From: Cenococcum geophilum
Lineage: Eukaryota
Reading direction: 5' to 3'
Length of the DNA: 64,000 nt
NCBI GenBank assembly: GCA_050273025.1
Contig: CP158635.1
Span: 23,374,001-23,438,000, forward strand
Shown here: one piece after another, positions 26,897 through 42,100 of the stretch
How positions within the stretch are numbered: position 1 is the first letter of the stretch
How the letters are laid out: each line of letters begins with the position of its first letter
The notes under the pieces: generated by a model
What the model was told of the DNA's origin: nothing
The model's database searches: none
Seen by the model: only the letters and a program-made list of their open reading frames with translations
Translations under genes and position numbers: made by a program

Positions 26897-27685
26897 ATGC
26901 CTCCCTTATCTAACAACGTAATTAAGGACGATAATATATCCTCCTCTACTGTTTCTAAGCTTAATTTAGATTAATTTACCTACTCTAGCGGCGATAACGA
27001 CGCGTTAAGCAACTCTATACTAACTACCTTAAAGTCACCTTGTAAAAGGCGCCGGTTAGCTACTTTTGTATAGCGGCTTACCTATAATCCTCTCCCTTAT
27101 AAAGCTATTTGCGACGGCAAGAATTAAATATAGTACTATTTAATATGCGAATGGAACTCTACTTTATTAATATCTATTCGCGCCTACCTAGCCAAAAAGC
27201 ACGGTATAGAGGTTTAAGGTAGAGAGATTTAAGTAAAGTAATTGCGAAAGGAGCGCTTCTTAAATATACTAAACGGCTTATAAGCCTTAAGATAGGTTAA
27301 TTACAAAGCTTAAGAAGAGCGAACTCTTTAAGCTGCTATTAATCGCGATACCTTTAACAAAGCTCTTATATAGCTTATTACTTTATAAAATCTACTATAT
27401 AATATAGCTACTTAGCTAGAGCTATACGCGTTACTTATAATAGTTAATTATACTACTAAGGAAGTTATAATTAATATAACGGCAACTATACTAAAGTTAA
27501 TTAAGTAATTATATATAGTATATCGCGAGACTCTAAAAGCAAAGCTTTAAAGCTCTTTCTTAAAAATCTACTTCTTAATTAATATATAGACGTTATTAAA
27601 CCACTATTTCTTTTAAGCAATTGTTGCCTATTTTATTAAAGCGGAAATAAGGCAGTTATAAAAGGCTCTACTTACTCTACTAGAG
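26897..27685 (+). pseudogene. hAT G transposase, 5' part (BED finger region)
   Basis: ATG 26897; de-RIPed WYC..CEW...RAHLAKKHG; interrupted by Gypsy B. Confidence 0.78.
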
Positions 27686-30600
27686 TGTTACGGCACTAGC
27701 AGAAAACGGCAGAACTTAGTTAGCAGAACTTGGTAGAACTTTGCGGTTACGTGACTAGAGGACTATATAAAAGAACCCCACTTTAACCGGCGCTGCTCTT
27801 CTTCTCCTTTCCTTTCCCTAGCTTTAGATTCTCGTTTATAAACAATCCAATCGTATAGGCTTACGCGTCCTTTATACCGTGCTCGTGCCTTAATTAACTA
27901 AGTCGCTAACATTATCTAAAGCTTATTCTACTCTTTCTTCCTAAAAAGGAACTTAAATATATTTACAAAACTATAAATAGGATAAGAATACAGAATAAGA
28001 CCCTAAGGACATTACTAGGACTATAAGGATAGGACCTAAAGGAAAAGAATAGAACCCTAAGGAAAGGACTTATAAGACACGCACAGACTAGAACCCCTAA
28101 AGAAATTACCCAGAATTACCTAATACCCCTACTACTATACTACGAAATATAGTAGTAGGTAAAGCAGCTATAGGACCCTTAAATACTTTAGATAAAGAAA
28201 TAATTAACGTTTTAACCCCCTAGGCGGAGCTTGCGGCAGCTAATACTAAAATTAAATAACTATAAGAGCTGCTTAAAGCTAGAGATACCCCTATATCTAA
28301 TACTAAGTCATTATTAGATAACTAAAGACTTGCTATAGTCCTTTAGGCCTTATCCTAGCGCCTTAGTAGATCTACTAAGGCCTATATAGCACTAAAGCGG
28401 TCGGCAAAGGTTGCGGATCCCCTACTACTTATAGATAAAACAAACCCAATATTTAATAACTGGAAGCTTTAATTACGGAATAAGCTTAAAGTTAATATTA
28501 ACTACTTTCCTACCCCCTAAGCTAAGATAGCCTATATCTTTAGCCGTACTGGCGGAGACGCCTAGATGTATTTACGCTTATAATACACTAAAGACTTAGC
28601 AGACCCCTTTATCTATAAAGAAGAAATAATTAAATACTTATCTTCTATTTATAAAGACCCTTTTAAAGTATAGAACGCCCGCCTTAGCTATAAAAGCCTA
28701 AATATAAAAATAATAGAGACCTTTTTGGCCTTTTAAACCCGCTTTCTATACCTGGCCAGGTAGGCCTAGGTCCCCTAAGAAGACCTACTACTAGACCTCT
28801 TTAATAAGCTTACCCTAGACCTATAGCGGGCCGTATTACCAGCTTATACTACAGTATAGATATTAAAGGAACTTATAGACTATTACCTAGCTATTAACTA
28901 AGGCCTCCGTCGAATTAAGGCACGCGCTAATTGGCTAAAAACTAGAAACCTTGTAAACCAGGCCATAAGTACTGCGAGAACGGCCCGTAGTGCCCCGGCA
29001 CGATCGGCAACCCCTATAGCACTGGCCGCTCAGCCTACAGTTAACCCAGCAGCTAGCCGCGTAGCTACCCCTACTGCGGGTCTAGTGTACGCCCGGCCTA
29101 TATATAGCGACCCCCGTATATAGGCCCTCAGCAATTAAGGAGCTTGCTTCTTGTGCGGTTAACTAGGCCACCCTATAAGGAACTGCCTAATAAAGGCAAA
29201 GACAAACGAGGTCTTGTTAATTTAGGAGGATAGTATAGAGTTGGAAAAAAAGGAACCTTAAAGGAAGACTTCTCTTTAGGGTTAAAAGGGATTAATATAT
29301 TATATATTAATCTAAGTCGGCTAATTAGTGGAAGAAGCTGCACTATCCCTTATACTTTATTCCGCAATAGATATTAAGTTTTAACCTCTACTTTAACTAA
29401 CTTTAGAATAAATACCTTTACCTTAATAGATACCTAGTATGCCGTAAAGCTAGCTAACTTTTTAAATACACCCCTTAAAGAACTGCCTAAACCTATTCCT
29501 ATTTGCGGGTATAATGGACGGATAGGTCTATCTATTAAGACTATCTTATGGATTTACCTTCGCGTTAACGGACAAAGGCAGTATAATATCCCCTTCCTTA
29601 TTACGAACCTAGGAAACTATAATATAATCTTAAGGAGAAAATAGCTAGCCTATTTAGGCTTATAGCTCGACGTACGAAGTAGGCGGCTTATCTAGCCCAA
29701 AACCCTACCCCTAACCCCTTTCTTTATAAAAGAAATTAGTATTATAATAGAGAACCTTACACAGCTGTAGATAAATATCGTTTACTAGGCCGATGCAATG
29801 CGAAGGGATTAGGCTTTTAAGAAGGATATACAGCTTAATCCGCAAAGGATTTATATACTACGCCGCCCCTAGGTTACCTATACTACGCCACCCATACTAA
29901 AGACCTAGGGAGTTAGTACTAACCTACCTAAGTCCCCTACGGAGAACTTAGGCCCTACGCAGCTACAAAGGAAGGTTAGGGATATTAGACGATATACTAA
30001 ACTAATAAATTGGAAGGACAACTTACGGAAAATGGAATATAAGCTAAGAAAGACTATAAACCTTATACCGCAAGATACGGCCTAATAAATATCCGTAAAG
30101 AAACCTACAGACCTCCCACTAGTTAATATTTACTATATTAGCGCTATAGGATTTTACCGGAACCTAGTTTAGCCTAATACCTATAACGGGGCCTTGTAGT
30201 AGGAACTACGGTGGACTCGTTAATAGGCTATATATATAGGTATTGTAAATAAGTTAATAACGTAATAATAACTGGTGGAGTAGTTGCCTAACAGATTAAC
30301 TCTAATTATATTCTAAGAATTACTACAAGGGAGGAACTATCTAGGTAGGGACTAAGGGTCCTTAAATACACAACCGCACTCCTAAGAAAGTCGTTACTCT
30401 GTCTACTCTGTCTACTCTATTTGCTTTATTATAGATCTTGCAGATTATATAGATTATATAAATCACATTACGTAACTCTACTTACTATTCCTTATTATAT
30501 AGTTCCATAGGTTCCATCCTAGACTATACTTATATTAACTAACTAGCTTCCTCTAACTTCTCTCTAAGTAGTTATAATATTATACTTAAAGCGTTCGTAA

Positions 30601-30710
30601 CACTATCTCCCTCCTCTCTATCTTCGTCCTTAAAGATACCTAGTATCTCTAAGTTATTTACTAAAGGTGTAATATCCATCTGATTAATTTAGTTAATATT
30701 GTTATTTATA

Positions 30711-31330
30711 ATACCTAAAGCACCTTCTTCTTCTTTAACTCTTTATTATACGTATATAGTCTCTTTTATACTATCGCTTGGTGAAGTAATGCCATCTCCG
30801 TGTTCTTATTGCGCGAAAGAGGGGTTAGTCTATATTACATTGGCGAGTCCTTTATCTTAGCAGCCCTCTTTTTATATAGAGTATACTAAAGCAAACGTTT
30901 AATCGTCCTATAATATTCGCTTAATTTCTAACGCTAAGTATACGCGTTTTATAACTCTTAATAGTCTCTAAGTTTCCTAAGTAATTTATTATAGGGTTTT
31001 ATATTTAATCTACTGCTGTAAAGCTTAATAGTAAGCTGTTTTTAGCGCTACTTGCGGTCTAATATACCTTAGAAGAGTCCGCATATATTCTTAAAGCTTA
31101 GCGTCTAGCTTATACCTGTCTTTAGCGTTTAAAACGTGTTTATAAAAAGGTTTATTTAAAGGAGTAAAAACTTATTTAATAAGGTCTATAGGAACTTAGT
31201 AATAAAAGAACGGATTCTCTTTTAATAGAGAAGGAAATAACTCTAAGTAGTTCGGTAGTCGCTCTTTCTAGGTCCCCCTTAGGTGACTTATTCTTTAGCG
31301 ATTCCTCTTTATTAATATTACCTAACCTTT
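30711..31330 (+). pseudogene. Antisense accessory ORF of Gypsy C: Zn2Cys6-like motif, putative intron, helical C-terminus
   Basis: GEVMPSPCSYCAKEGLV reads directly (30780-30830); the remaining Cys positions are TAT (TGT after G>A). End approximate. Confidence 0.62.
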
Positions 31331-32676
31331 TTTCTTCTAATACTCCTATACCTTTCCTATAGCGTTTTTTAGGTTTTTTAGTAGTTCCTAGGTAGTCTTA
31401 TTATAGCCTATCTACTTTACTTTATACTATATTTTATTGTCTACATCCTTATAACTAATAATCTTTAAAACTTACTATTTATCTTCCTTTTATCCTCTAT
31501 ATATATCTACTTTATAAACCAATAGCTTAACACTCCTATATACTGGCTTTAGTATTATAATATACTATATAGGGTAGATCTTTATTCTAGCTAGTAGGTT
31601 TAACTTAAATATAACCAATAAAATTTTTTATATAATTTTAAAAGGTCCTAGTCTAATATAGTCTAACTTCTTACTTAATCGCCGACTTTTGAAATTTTTA
31701 TATAGTAGCCATACTTTATCTCCCTCCTTAAGATCTGGTCCCTTAGATCTTTTAGCATTATAGTACTTTTTTATTCTTTACTATACCGTCTTAGCTATTT
31801 CCGTAAGGTCTATATAAAGATTTATTAAACTCTTTATTCTTTACTTAGCTATACTACTTATCTTCTTTACTTAACGTAGCAATAATAAGGTTCTTAGCTT
31901 ATATCCGTAATTCGCCTTAAATAGTAACGTGCCCATTTCTTTTTATGGTGTTATATTATATATAAACTATATAACTAGTAATAGCGATACCTAATTGTTC
32001 TATATATAATTAATATAATACCTTAAATATTGTTCTAGTGTTTAATTTAATCTTTCCGTTTAACTGTCTGTCTGTAGATAATATACAGTAAAAGTTACTA
32101 CTTAAACTCCTTACTCTACTAAGAATACTTCCTAAAATGCTGCTATAAATCTTAGATCTCTATCTAATATAATCTTACTTAGTACTCTATATCTTATAAA
32201 TACTTCTTTAATATAGATTTTAGTAACATCTTCCGCTAATATTTCTTCTAAACATGCTATAAAGTATCCCTACTTTATAAGCTTGTCTATTATCACTAAG
32301 ATCGCGTTATAATCTTGTCCGGTAATAGGATCTTTTAATTTTAGTAACTTAATAATAAAGTCCTATAATATAACCTCCTATAGTCTCTCTAGTATTTTAA
32401 TAGGTTATAGCTTTCTATATAGCTTATACCTTATTAGTTTATTCCTTTAGTAATCTGGATATTCTTTTATAACTTACCTAGCTAGTCCCTAGATTTTATT
32501 AATAATATACTCCTCTTAAAGTCTTAATACTAAGCCTGTAGCTCCGTTATGTCCTTAAGTTAATCCTTTATAAAATAACTTAATAAACTCCTTTACAATA
32601 GATCTTAGTACGTATATTACTTCTTAATTTTTATACTACTCTAAGTCTAAATCCTCTATTTATATATCTAGGATCT

Positions 32677-35600
32677 AAGCTAAAAGGAGCTCTTGCTGCA
32701 CCCGGCCCAAAAAGACCAAAACCAACCAAAAGAACCCTAAAAAACACCTAGAGAATCCCCCTAAGATGCATGCATCGCAGGGGAGGCACACGTCAAACGA
32801 CGGTGGCTCGCACTCGCGCGCGACCGCTAGAACTACGCCTAGCAATAACCCTCCATAACAAAGACGGGCGAATACTACACCATAAAGCGGAAATATCTCT
32901 ATTAAGAAGGCATCTAATAAAATATAAAGCCTATTAGACGCGTCTAGTATCTAGAATTATAGGGAAGTAACTATTAGCTATAACAAACTAATATAGCTAG
33001 TAGAATGGCTCCGCTAGTCTAGTAAACCTTAAGCGCCCCTTTAGTAAACCCTTAATTAAATCCTCCAACGGCTAAATAAAATTAAAAATAAGTATAACTC
33101 CCCTTTATTAGCGAACCGCACCTAGGCCGCTATAGCTGCGCTTTTACAGCATAGGGAACCTACCCCCCTTAAGTTAATAACTGGGTATATAATTATAATA
33201 TAACTAAACACGGAATAAGTAGAGGGGCTTAAGGGATAATTAGAAACAGAAGTCCTTATAAAGATATATAAAGAGGTCCATAACGCTATTATAGTCCAAC
33301 ACCTTAAGAGCGGAGATATTAAAGTTACCCTAAAGGACCAATAGGTAAAGGAATGAGCCGTAAGGGTAAGGGATAGGCTAGGAGAACGTATTAGCATAAA
33401 AGTACTCCGTAAGGATTACCTAGTTAAAGTCCTAGTGGTTCCTATAAGCCTTAGGGTAGAAAAGGGACGCTAGGCGGATAATATAGCAATTATATAGGAG
33501 ATAGTAAGATAAACGGAACGCCTTATATTAGGACTCGAAATCACTTAAATCTAATGGCTTTAATAGGAAAATGTAAACTAAGCATATAATAAGAATAATA
33601 AGAGGATATAAGGGTTGTTGGAGACTTGCTAGGGAGACGCCGGACGAACGTATGGCTCCCTTATTGTTAGCATATATATACTAGGAATATAAAAACTTTT
33701 TATCTAAAAAGGAATAATTATAAATGGCCTTATATATAATACAAGGCTCTACAACCACAGACTACGCCTAAAATAATGTTATTGCTATATATAATAGGGA
33801 TATACCTAATCTATATACGTAGTATAGGTGTGCTGCGGCCACTATATAGGCCCCTATAATACAAGATATTACTTAAATTAAAACTAAATAAAATGCGTAA
33901 ACTGCTACCGAAGTATATATAAGGCGTAGGAGAGAGAAGACTATATTAAATATAGGAGATAAAAAGTAAGGGCTTAACAGCTACGGGAATAACTGTATAC
34001 TAGGTTATATGAATAAAAATAATAGGTAATAAGTTAGGGGGATATAGGTACCTTCCTAGCGTTTTCTACCTTTAATACTAGAGGGCTAGGCTAGCTATCC
34101 TAAGCCTTAACGGGCTAGAAGTGACGCCGCGCGACATTACCAGACCAATTAGGGACATAAGGGTCACAGGGGACACAAAAAAGAGGATGCCCTATAGGAA
34201 GACCCCTATAGACAGTAATAGTAGGCTTAAAACTAGGACAATTAAGAATTAGACTTAATGCGGCAAATATAATATTTATAGCCGACCTATAAAGGGTATA
34301 TAGCCGACCAGTAAAAATAGGGGAAGAACTAGTAATAATAATAGATTTAGATATAGAAGCGCTAATAGGAATATAAAACACGGGAATAAAAAGCTCTATA
34401 TAAAATAAGTAGTAACTAGGGTATAGATATAAGAGATAGAAGCTCTAAATATCCTAGAGAAAGTAGAAATAAAAGAAGTAAGGAATAAAAGAGAGTCAAA
34501 GGACCCTTGCCGGGGGTCCGCCACCTATCCATTATACAGTATAACTGCGGTAATATAAACCACCGCCTCGCAAGGCCCCTACTAGACAGTCTAAACCTAG
34601 AGAAATACTATATCCTTACTATACAAGAGCCGTATTATAATACCTTTATATAATTAATATACTACCCCTAAGGATTTTAGCTCCTATATAAACCAAAAGC
34701 AGCTATACGCGTATACTTTATAATTAGTAAGGCTATCAGCCTATCCTTATAGTCATAGCAGGTAGTTAACCTAGATATTATAGTTATAACAATTTAAAAT
34801 ATAGGGGACCGGTATAAATTATTAATGTATATAACCCTAGGGTTAAAGGGGTCCTATAAACAGAGAATATTATATTGGTAATAAGCTTACTAGAAACTAA
34901 AGGTATAGAGTCTATCCTATTAGGAGACATAAACCTCTACTATCTGCGGTAGGGGGGTATCTATATTGCTATAAATCAACAGTTAGAGTGCCTACTAAGA
35001 GCTATAGATATCTGGGGCCTTAAGCTAGCTACCCCCCTAGGAGTAATTATATAGCAATAAGGCACCGCTAAAAGTATAATTAATCTTATATTTATAGACG
35101 AAGGCCTATATTAGAGACTTAAAAGGTACAACCCTAAAGAAGAATAGGCACTTACCCTAGACTATATCCCTATCCAGATATAGCTAGACCTAGATACTAA
35201 AGCGCAACTAAATAGAAAAAGATACGTAATAAGGAAGCTTAAGATAGATAGTTTCCTTAATATAGTTAAACAATAACTCTAAGACCTAGAAGAAATCTAC
35301 CTAATACTAAACAAGCGAGGCTTATTAGCCACCCCTAAGGAAATTGACCGAAGACTAGAAAGGATCTAGGTAGCGATTAAAAATAGGCTAGAAGAGCACT
35401 GCCTAATCTTAAAACTGGGCCCCTACGCGCGATACGTATAGTCTATATAATGCGCAGTTCTAGTTACTAGCTAATAATGAGCAAAAAGGAAATATATAAG
35501 TAGCTACAACCCTAAAGATAAAAGATAATATAAAGACATAAGAAACCAGCTAAAGAATACCCTAAAAAAAGAAGTAAGGAATAACTGGAGACGGTTTATA

Positions 35601-38229
35601 AATAAGTATACTTTTAACCCGAGCCTCCCCTATAATAAGGGCCTTTAGGCTATAGTAATATAGGTAAAGAAAAAGGTAGGGCGCCTAGTAGAAGACCTAT
35701 ACCTACTACCCCTATAAAGAGCAGGAGAATTATAGGCTATAAATAACAATAATAAGAAGGCAAAGATCCTTATAGAAGGTTCTTCCCCTAACTAGCTCTA
35801 GCAGACCTTAGTAATATCACAGGTAAAACACTAGTGACTTGCCTATGGGTTAACAGCGACATAACAATAGAGGAAATGGCTAGAACTATTAGCCGCCTTT
35901 TAAATAATATAGTACTAGGACTAGATAGGATTTTAAATAAGGCCCTAAAAACCTATAGGCTACTTATAGCACCTTAGCTTATAGATGTAGCTAGAGTATG
36001 CTTTGCTATAGGCTACTACCCGCGACTTAGAAGATCTATAATAACGGTTATCCTATAAAAAAAAAGGTAAAGTAGATTACTTAATCCTAGGAAGCTACCA
36101 CCCTATTGCCTTAGAAAACACCCTTAGTAAGATCTTAAAAAGGGTAATAGCGGAACATATAGTAGACACGGTAGAGGAATACGCCCTACTACTATAAAGC
36201 TAAATAGGGGTAAGAAAGAACCGCTTAACACTATTAGTACTTACGCTACTTACTACTACCATTAAATCTGCATAGGCGATGCGAAAGGACTTTGTAATAT
36301 TAATACTTAGCCTAGATATTAGTAGTGCCTATAATAATATACCCTATAAGCGTCTCCTATATATCCTTAGGGTAAAGGGCTTCCTAGAATAGATTATATA
36401 ATTTGTCTAAGGGTTTATAGGCCAGAAAGAAACATTACTAGTCTTTAGCGGATACTAGAGCCCCCCTATTATAGTTATAACAGGAATACCACAAGGATTA
36501 CCCCTCTCGCCTATACTCTTCCTTTTTTTTATAAGCAACCTACTTAACTTCTTTAAGGAAGGGGCGACCTAGGGGATAGGCTTTATTAACGATATAAACC
36601 TAATTATATATGGGCTAATAGCCGCAAAGAATTGTAGAATACTAGAGAAAGCCTATAACACTTATATAGAATAGGTAAGACGTTATAAAGTCCAATTCTT
36701 ATTAGAAAAATACTAGCTAATCCATTTTATAAGAAAACGCAACTAATCTGTAGATCTTTAGCATATAATTCATATTTAAAGCTTTAGGGGTTAACTAGTT
36801 TAGGGCCTAAGGGTACTAGGAGTATAGGTAAATAGTAAGCTCTGGTAGAGCGTATATACGGCATAAGCGGCCTATAAAGGCCAAGCATAGTTTATTGCTT
36901 TATTTAGGATTGTTAATTCTATATAGGGTCTATGCTTTTAGAGGTCACGCCTACTATATATAGCAGTTGTCCGGCCAACTATAATATATAGATTTAGTAT
37001 TTAGGCCATTAGAGAAACTAAAAAGGGCCCCCTAAAATTACTCCTTAAACTACTTTAAAAGGTTTAAATAGCCTACCTTTAAAGTATTATAGGCGGGTAC
37101 AAGCAAATGGCCATAGCACTGCTTAAGAAGGAATCCAATATTCCCCCCCTATAGTTATATATTAAAGCCGCTGTAATATAAAAAATGTAAAATAAACGCA
37201 ACTCTAATGTTATAAAGTATATTAAGACACGCCTAAGTAAACTATAGAGGGACCTTAGGGTGCCCTATAGGAGAACAAACCAACAATCCCAAAGTAGGGA
37301 AGAGATATTAGAGAAATAGGTAAAGAAAGCAGAAGAAGAATAGTATTGCTTTAGGGCCTAGGCCTATATAGAGGAGGAAGGGAGGCGTATAAGAGGTTAG
37401 TAAAGATAATAGTAAGATAAAGAAAGGAGCTAAAGTAAAATATATAAGAACGCTAGGAAACCATCTACTGTAATATAATACTGGTTGGACTAATGCTAGA
37501 GAGGTAAATAGGAGTTAAAGGTATAGAGGCTAACTTAGGCAAGACGAACCTAAGCCATAGTATAGTTAACGCTATAGGGGGTAAATACCTAAGGGCTCTG
37601 AGAAGGCCTAATAAAGGCAGAAAATATAATAGCAATACTCTTAAGAATAGGAATAATAGGACTAAAAGATTGGCTTTACTGGGTAGGTGTTCTAGTAAGT
37701 AGCCTAAGATATAAATATGGCTAACTAAAATAGATACTAAAACACGTAATACTGCTATGCCCCCTACGCACTAATTAAGAAATAATACTCTTAGTAGCTG
37801 GCATAGAGAACTATAATATACTGCTCTTAATATAAAAAGGCCTTAAGGCGGTTACCCAGTGGCTTATTAGTTAAAATGTGCTAAATCAGTTCCGGGTTAT
37901 AAGGGAAATGGTAATAAAAGGTAAGGGGGTAAGCAGTAGGTGCCCCCTAGTAACTCTATAGTAGTAGAGTAAAAGTTTATAATACTAGCGCGTTTATAGG
38001 CTTGTTACGGGAGCAGTAGTTCCTAAGGAGGTTAAATAGTAAGGTAGTAAAGCACTATAGGCGGCTCGTAGGCGCTAAGTAGGCGAGTCCTAAAAGGCGG
38101 GGAGATAAATTACGGGGTTTTCTCATTTTTCTTAAATAGAGTTTTCTCCCTATATATAAATAAGGAGTAGTTTATATGGGCCTAATAAGGATCTAAATCG
38201 GACGTTAAGTAATGAATTATTATTATTAT
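32677..38229 (+). mobile_element. Full-length Tad1/CgT1-like LINE, RIP-inactivated
   Basis: 14-bp TSD TATATCTAGGATCT (32663-32676, 38230-38243); (ATT)n tail; ORF1 with three Cys knuckles ~33775-33950; ORF2 endonuclease (QYNCG, IQEP, GD.N.HH) and RT (SY.PIALENTL.K, GIPQG.PLSPILF). Confidence 0.95.
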
Positions 38230-39156
38230 TATATCTAGGATCTTTTATATCTAATTACTTTTTAGTAATTTATAGGTCTTCTCTTCTTATATTACTGCGA
38301 TCTTTAGATAATTATACCTAATTTATTTATTTATATCCTTTCGCAACAAAGCCCCTAATGGCTTTTTATTATTTTATAGTTTAGCCTTTCTGCTTAGAGC
38401 GTCTGCTTGTGCATTCTCTATTTCTTTAGTATGCTAAATCTTAAAATAGTATTCTATAAGCATCTCCGCCTATCTAACCTATCTATAATTAAGTTCTTTC
38501 ATTATTAGGAACCCCGTTAGGTTCTTATAATCCGTCTTAACTATAAATAGTTTTTCTATGCCTTATAAGAATAATCTCTATTTTTTTAGTGCTATAATTA
38601 TACCTAATAACTCCTTATTATAGATATTATAGTTTAGTTCTAGTGGTATTATCTTTTAACTATAGTATGCTACTAGGCGCTATCTATCTTTATATTTTTA
38701 TAGAAAGTACACTCCTAGTATATAGTCTAATGCATCCGTTTTAACTACTATCTCTAACTATAGTTAATAGATTTTAAGAACTAGCTTCTAGGTAAACAAT
38801 TATTTAACTTTCTTAAATAGTTCCTTTTATTCCTCTTTTTATGCCTATAGTTCTTTCTTCTTTATTAATTTTATAAGTGGCTTAATATCCTTTAACTATT
38901 AAGCTATAAACCTTTTATAGTAGTTGCAGAATCCTAGAAATAACCTTAACTATATTACATTTTTTGGTTCTTGCTAATTTACTATAGCCTCGATCTTCTT
39001 TAGATCTATATTAAATTAGCCTAATTTAATAATAAATCTAACAAAATCTATCTTCTTAGTAAAGAATTTGCATTTCTTAATTGCTACTAGCATCTGTTCT
39101 TCTTATAGTCTCTTTAAGACCTATTTAATGTATTCTCTATATTCTTCCTTACTTAT

Positions 39157-42100
39157 TGTAACGGAATTCCCCAGAAGGTACATATCAGATGAGACAGAAG
39201 GAGGTCTCATCTATGTTCTAGAAGGAGGTCTCATCTATGTTCTAGAAGGAGGTCTTACCTATATTCTATCTACGTCCCAGAAGACACGGTTAGACAGATA
39301 AGGGGTAAAGGGTTTTACTGGCGTCTTAGAAAGATTATATAGGGAGCTGGTTCTCCTTTAGAGAAGAACTAGCGATTAGTCTCTGAATAGAAGTGGTTAG
39401 AAGCATTTATCCTTTAATATATAAAACTTATTCTACCTTTAACTTACCTTCTATTTACCTTTAACTTACCTTCTACTTACCAGTAACACTGTTAATTAGA
39501 TAATTATACGTTCTAGTTAGACTGGCCTCTTATAATTCTAATCACTTATAATCCGTTAGGAATGTACGGCTATTAATTAATAATAACGAACCATACTCCT
39601 ATACCCTATAAAGTAACGCCCTCACCGTAAGAAGCTTAAAGAGTCTCCCTAGAGGAGCGCATTCCCTCTTCCTATAAAGAAGCTATGGCTAGTCTGTCTA
39701 ACCTTGCGAGACCCTTAGGAATAATTACCGCTAGGGAGTCATCGGAGCGGTCGCTATATAAGACCCTATAAAAAACAAAGGAGTTAGAGATATAATTAAG
39801 ATAAGTATATTAAGACTACTAAGAATAATTATAAGGACAATTAGGGGAAGTATAGACACCCTAGATACGAAGCGGACTCGAAGGGGTAACGCTACACTAT
39901 ACTGTGACGTTAGAAAAACCTAAATTCCGTATAAAGGAACCTAATAAGTACTATAGTGATAGTTTTTGGAACTATAATCGTTTTATCCGACAATATGAAA
40001 CCAAGTTTTGGCTAGATCCGAAATGTTACTTTAATAAGTATAATTAGACACTGATTGCTTCTACCTTCCTACGTAGCACCGTTAAGAGTTCATAGACACG
40101 CTATAAGAAGAAACTTACTACACCCCTTAAATTTAGCGAACTTAGGACCTGGTTAGTTAATTAGGTCCAAGACCCTACTAATTAAGGGATAGACTATAAC
40201 TAGCAATACCATAACGCCAAATAGCGGGATGGTTAGACTATAGTCTAGTTTGTAAACTACTTAGAAGAACTAGAAGATAATATACCCTACTTAAATCTGT
40301 GGGATGACGCTATATAACTTCACTAGCTACTTACTAAGCTACGACCTAAGATTTAACAGGCTATATAAGAGAAGGGCGAAATTCCTACCTCTTAAGAAAA
40401 GCTTATCTCTGAAGCTACTCGGATTAAGAGTGCTAAAAGAGACTATCTAGGCAAGCGAAAGGAACGAGACGCTAATAATAAAGAGCGTAGGACTAGACCT
40501 AGCTTTAATAATAGGGGTAGATTCCGACCTAACTGCTCTATAGAAGGATAACGTAAGCAGGCCTCGCAGCCCTAGAGTAATGCTAGTTAACCCTAAAATA
40601 ATAATAGGCAGAGACCTAATCCGTAAAAGGGGAACCGGGAGACACGTACCTATTATAACTGCGGCAAGAAGGGCTATATAAGCCGCTTCTACTAGTAAAA
40701 GAAGTAAAAGTCGGCCTAATTGGGAAAAGAGACAGCCTAGTGGATTTTTACTCCCTTATACTAGGCTAGTAAAAGAAGGAGGGAGTAAACTGCTGTATGG
40801 TTATTCCTGTCTCTATTTAAGTTAATAATAAATGGGTAACGCGAGACTACCTTATAGACAGCGGCGCGAGTATAGGGTTCATTTCTTAATTACTAGTAAA
40901 AGAATTAGATTTAGACCTTAGCGGCTTATAAGTGCGCATTATTTAAAGCATTAGAGGCTACCGGATTTTATGCTACGGGGAATAGGCTTTTTCTATGGCC
41001 AGCTAGGACCGCGATGGTCTATAGGACACGCAGGAGATGCGCTTCTATGCCGTAGAAATTAAGGGGTATAACCTTATTTTGGGATACCTATGGCTTTACT
41101 AAGTTAATTTGGACATTAATTGGCCTTTAGCCTTGTATTAACATCGGAAGTCTTAACTATGTATTATAGTTAAAGATTAAGAGACTTTCTTAAACTATGT
41201 GCAAGAAGAAGGGTGGGCATATGCTATATATGCTACTCTTAATACTAAGAACGGGGATATGGGATATTTATTTTTGGATGTCCGGCTATGCGCAGTTAAG
41301 GAATTAGAGATTCCATAGGAATATATAGACTTAGAGGATATTTCTAGTAAAGAGGCTGTACAAACCTTACCTAACCCTATGTTAGTTAAGTATAAGATAG
41401 ATATAGGGGATAAACAACCTCCTTTTAGACCGCTGTATAACCTATTAGAAAATAAGCTAGTGGTACTGCGTTAATATATAGTGGACAATCTTTAGAGAGG
41501 ATGGATTTGGCCCTTTATAAGCCTGGTAGGGGCGCCAATTATATTTATACCTAAGAAGGACGGGACCCTTTACCTCTGTGTTGACTATTAGGCGCTAAAT
41601 AAGATTACTGTAAAGAATTACTACCTATTACCCTTAATAGGGGAGCTTATTAATAAGCTGTTGGGCGTAAAGATATTTATAAAATTAGATCTAAAAGATA
41701 TATACCATTAAATCCAGATTAAAGCCGGCGATAAGTGGAAAACGGCGTTCTGAATATAGTACGGCCACTTTAAGTACTTAGTGATGCCATTTAGGCTTAC
41801 TAACGCACTAGTGATATTTCAGGCCTATATTAATAAGGCATTATTAGGCCTATTAGACATAATATATGTGGTCTACCTTAATAATATTGTAGTCTACTCT
41901 AATAACTATAAAGCATATATGTACCACGTACAAATGGTACTAGAAAGACTGCGGGAATATAAGCTCTATATAAACCTAAAAAAGTGCACGTTCCATGCTA
42001 CTAGCATTAATTTTTTGGGCTTTATTGTCAGCGTTGACGGAGTATTAATAGAGAAAAGTCGGGTGGACGCTATTAGGGAATAGCCCTACCCCATAATATT

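Noticed and set aside
39190..39480. CRISPR-like array from 24-bp and 22-bp repeats
   Set aside because: Tandem units without unique spacers, inside LTRs of a eukaryotic retroelement.
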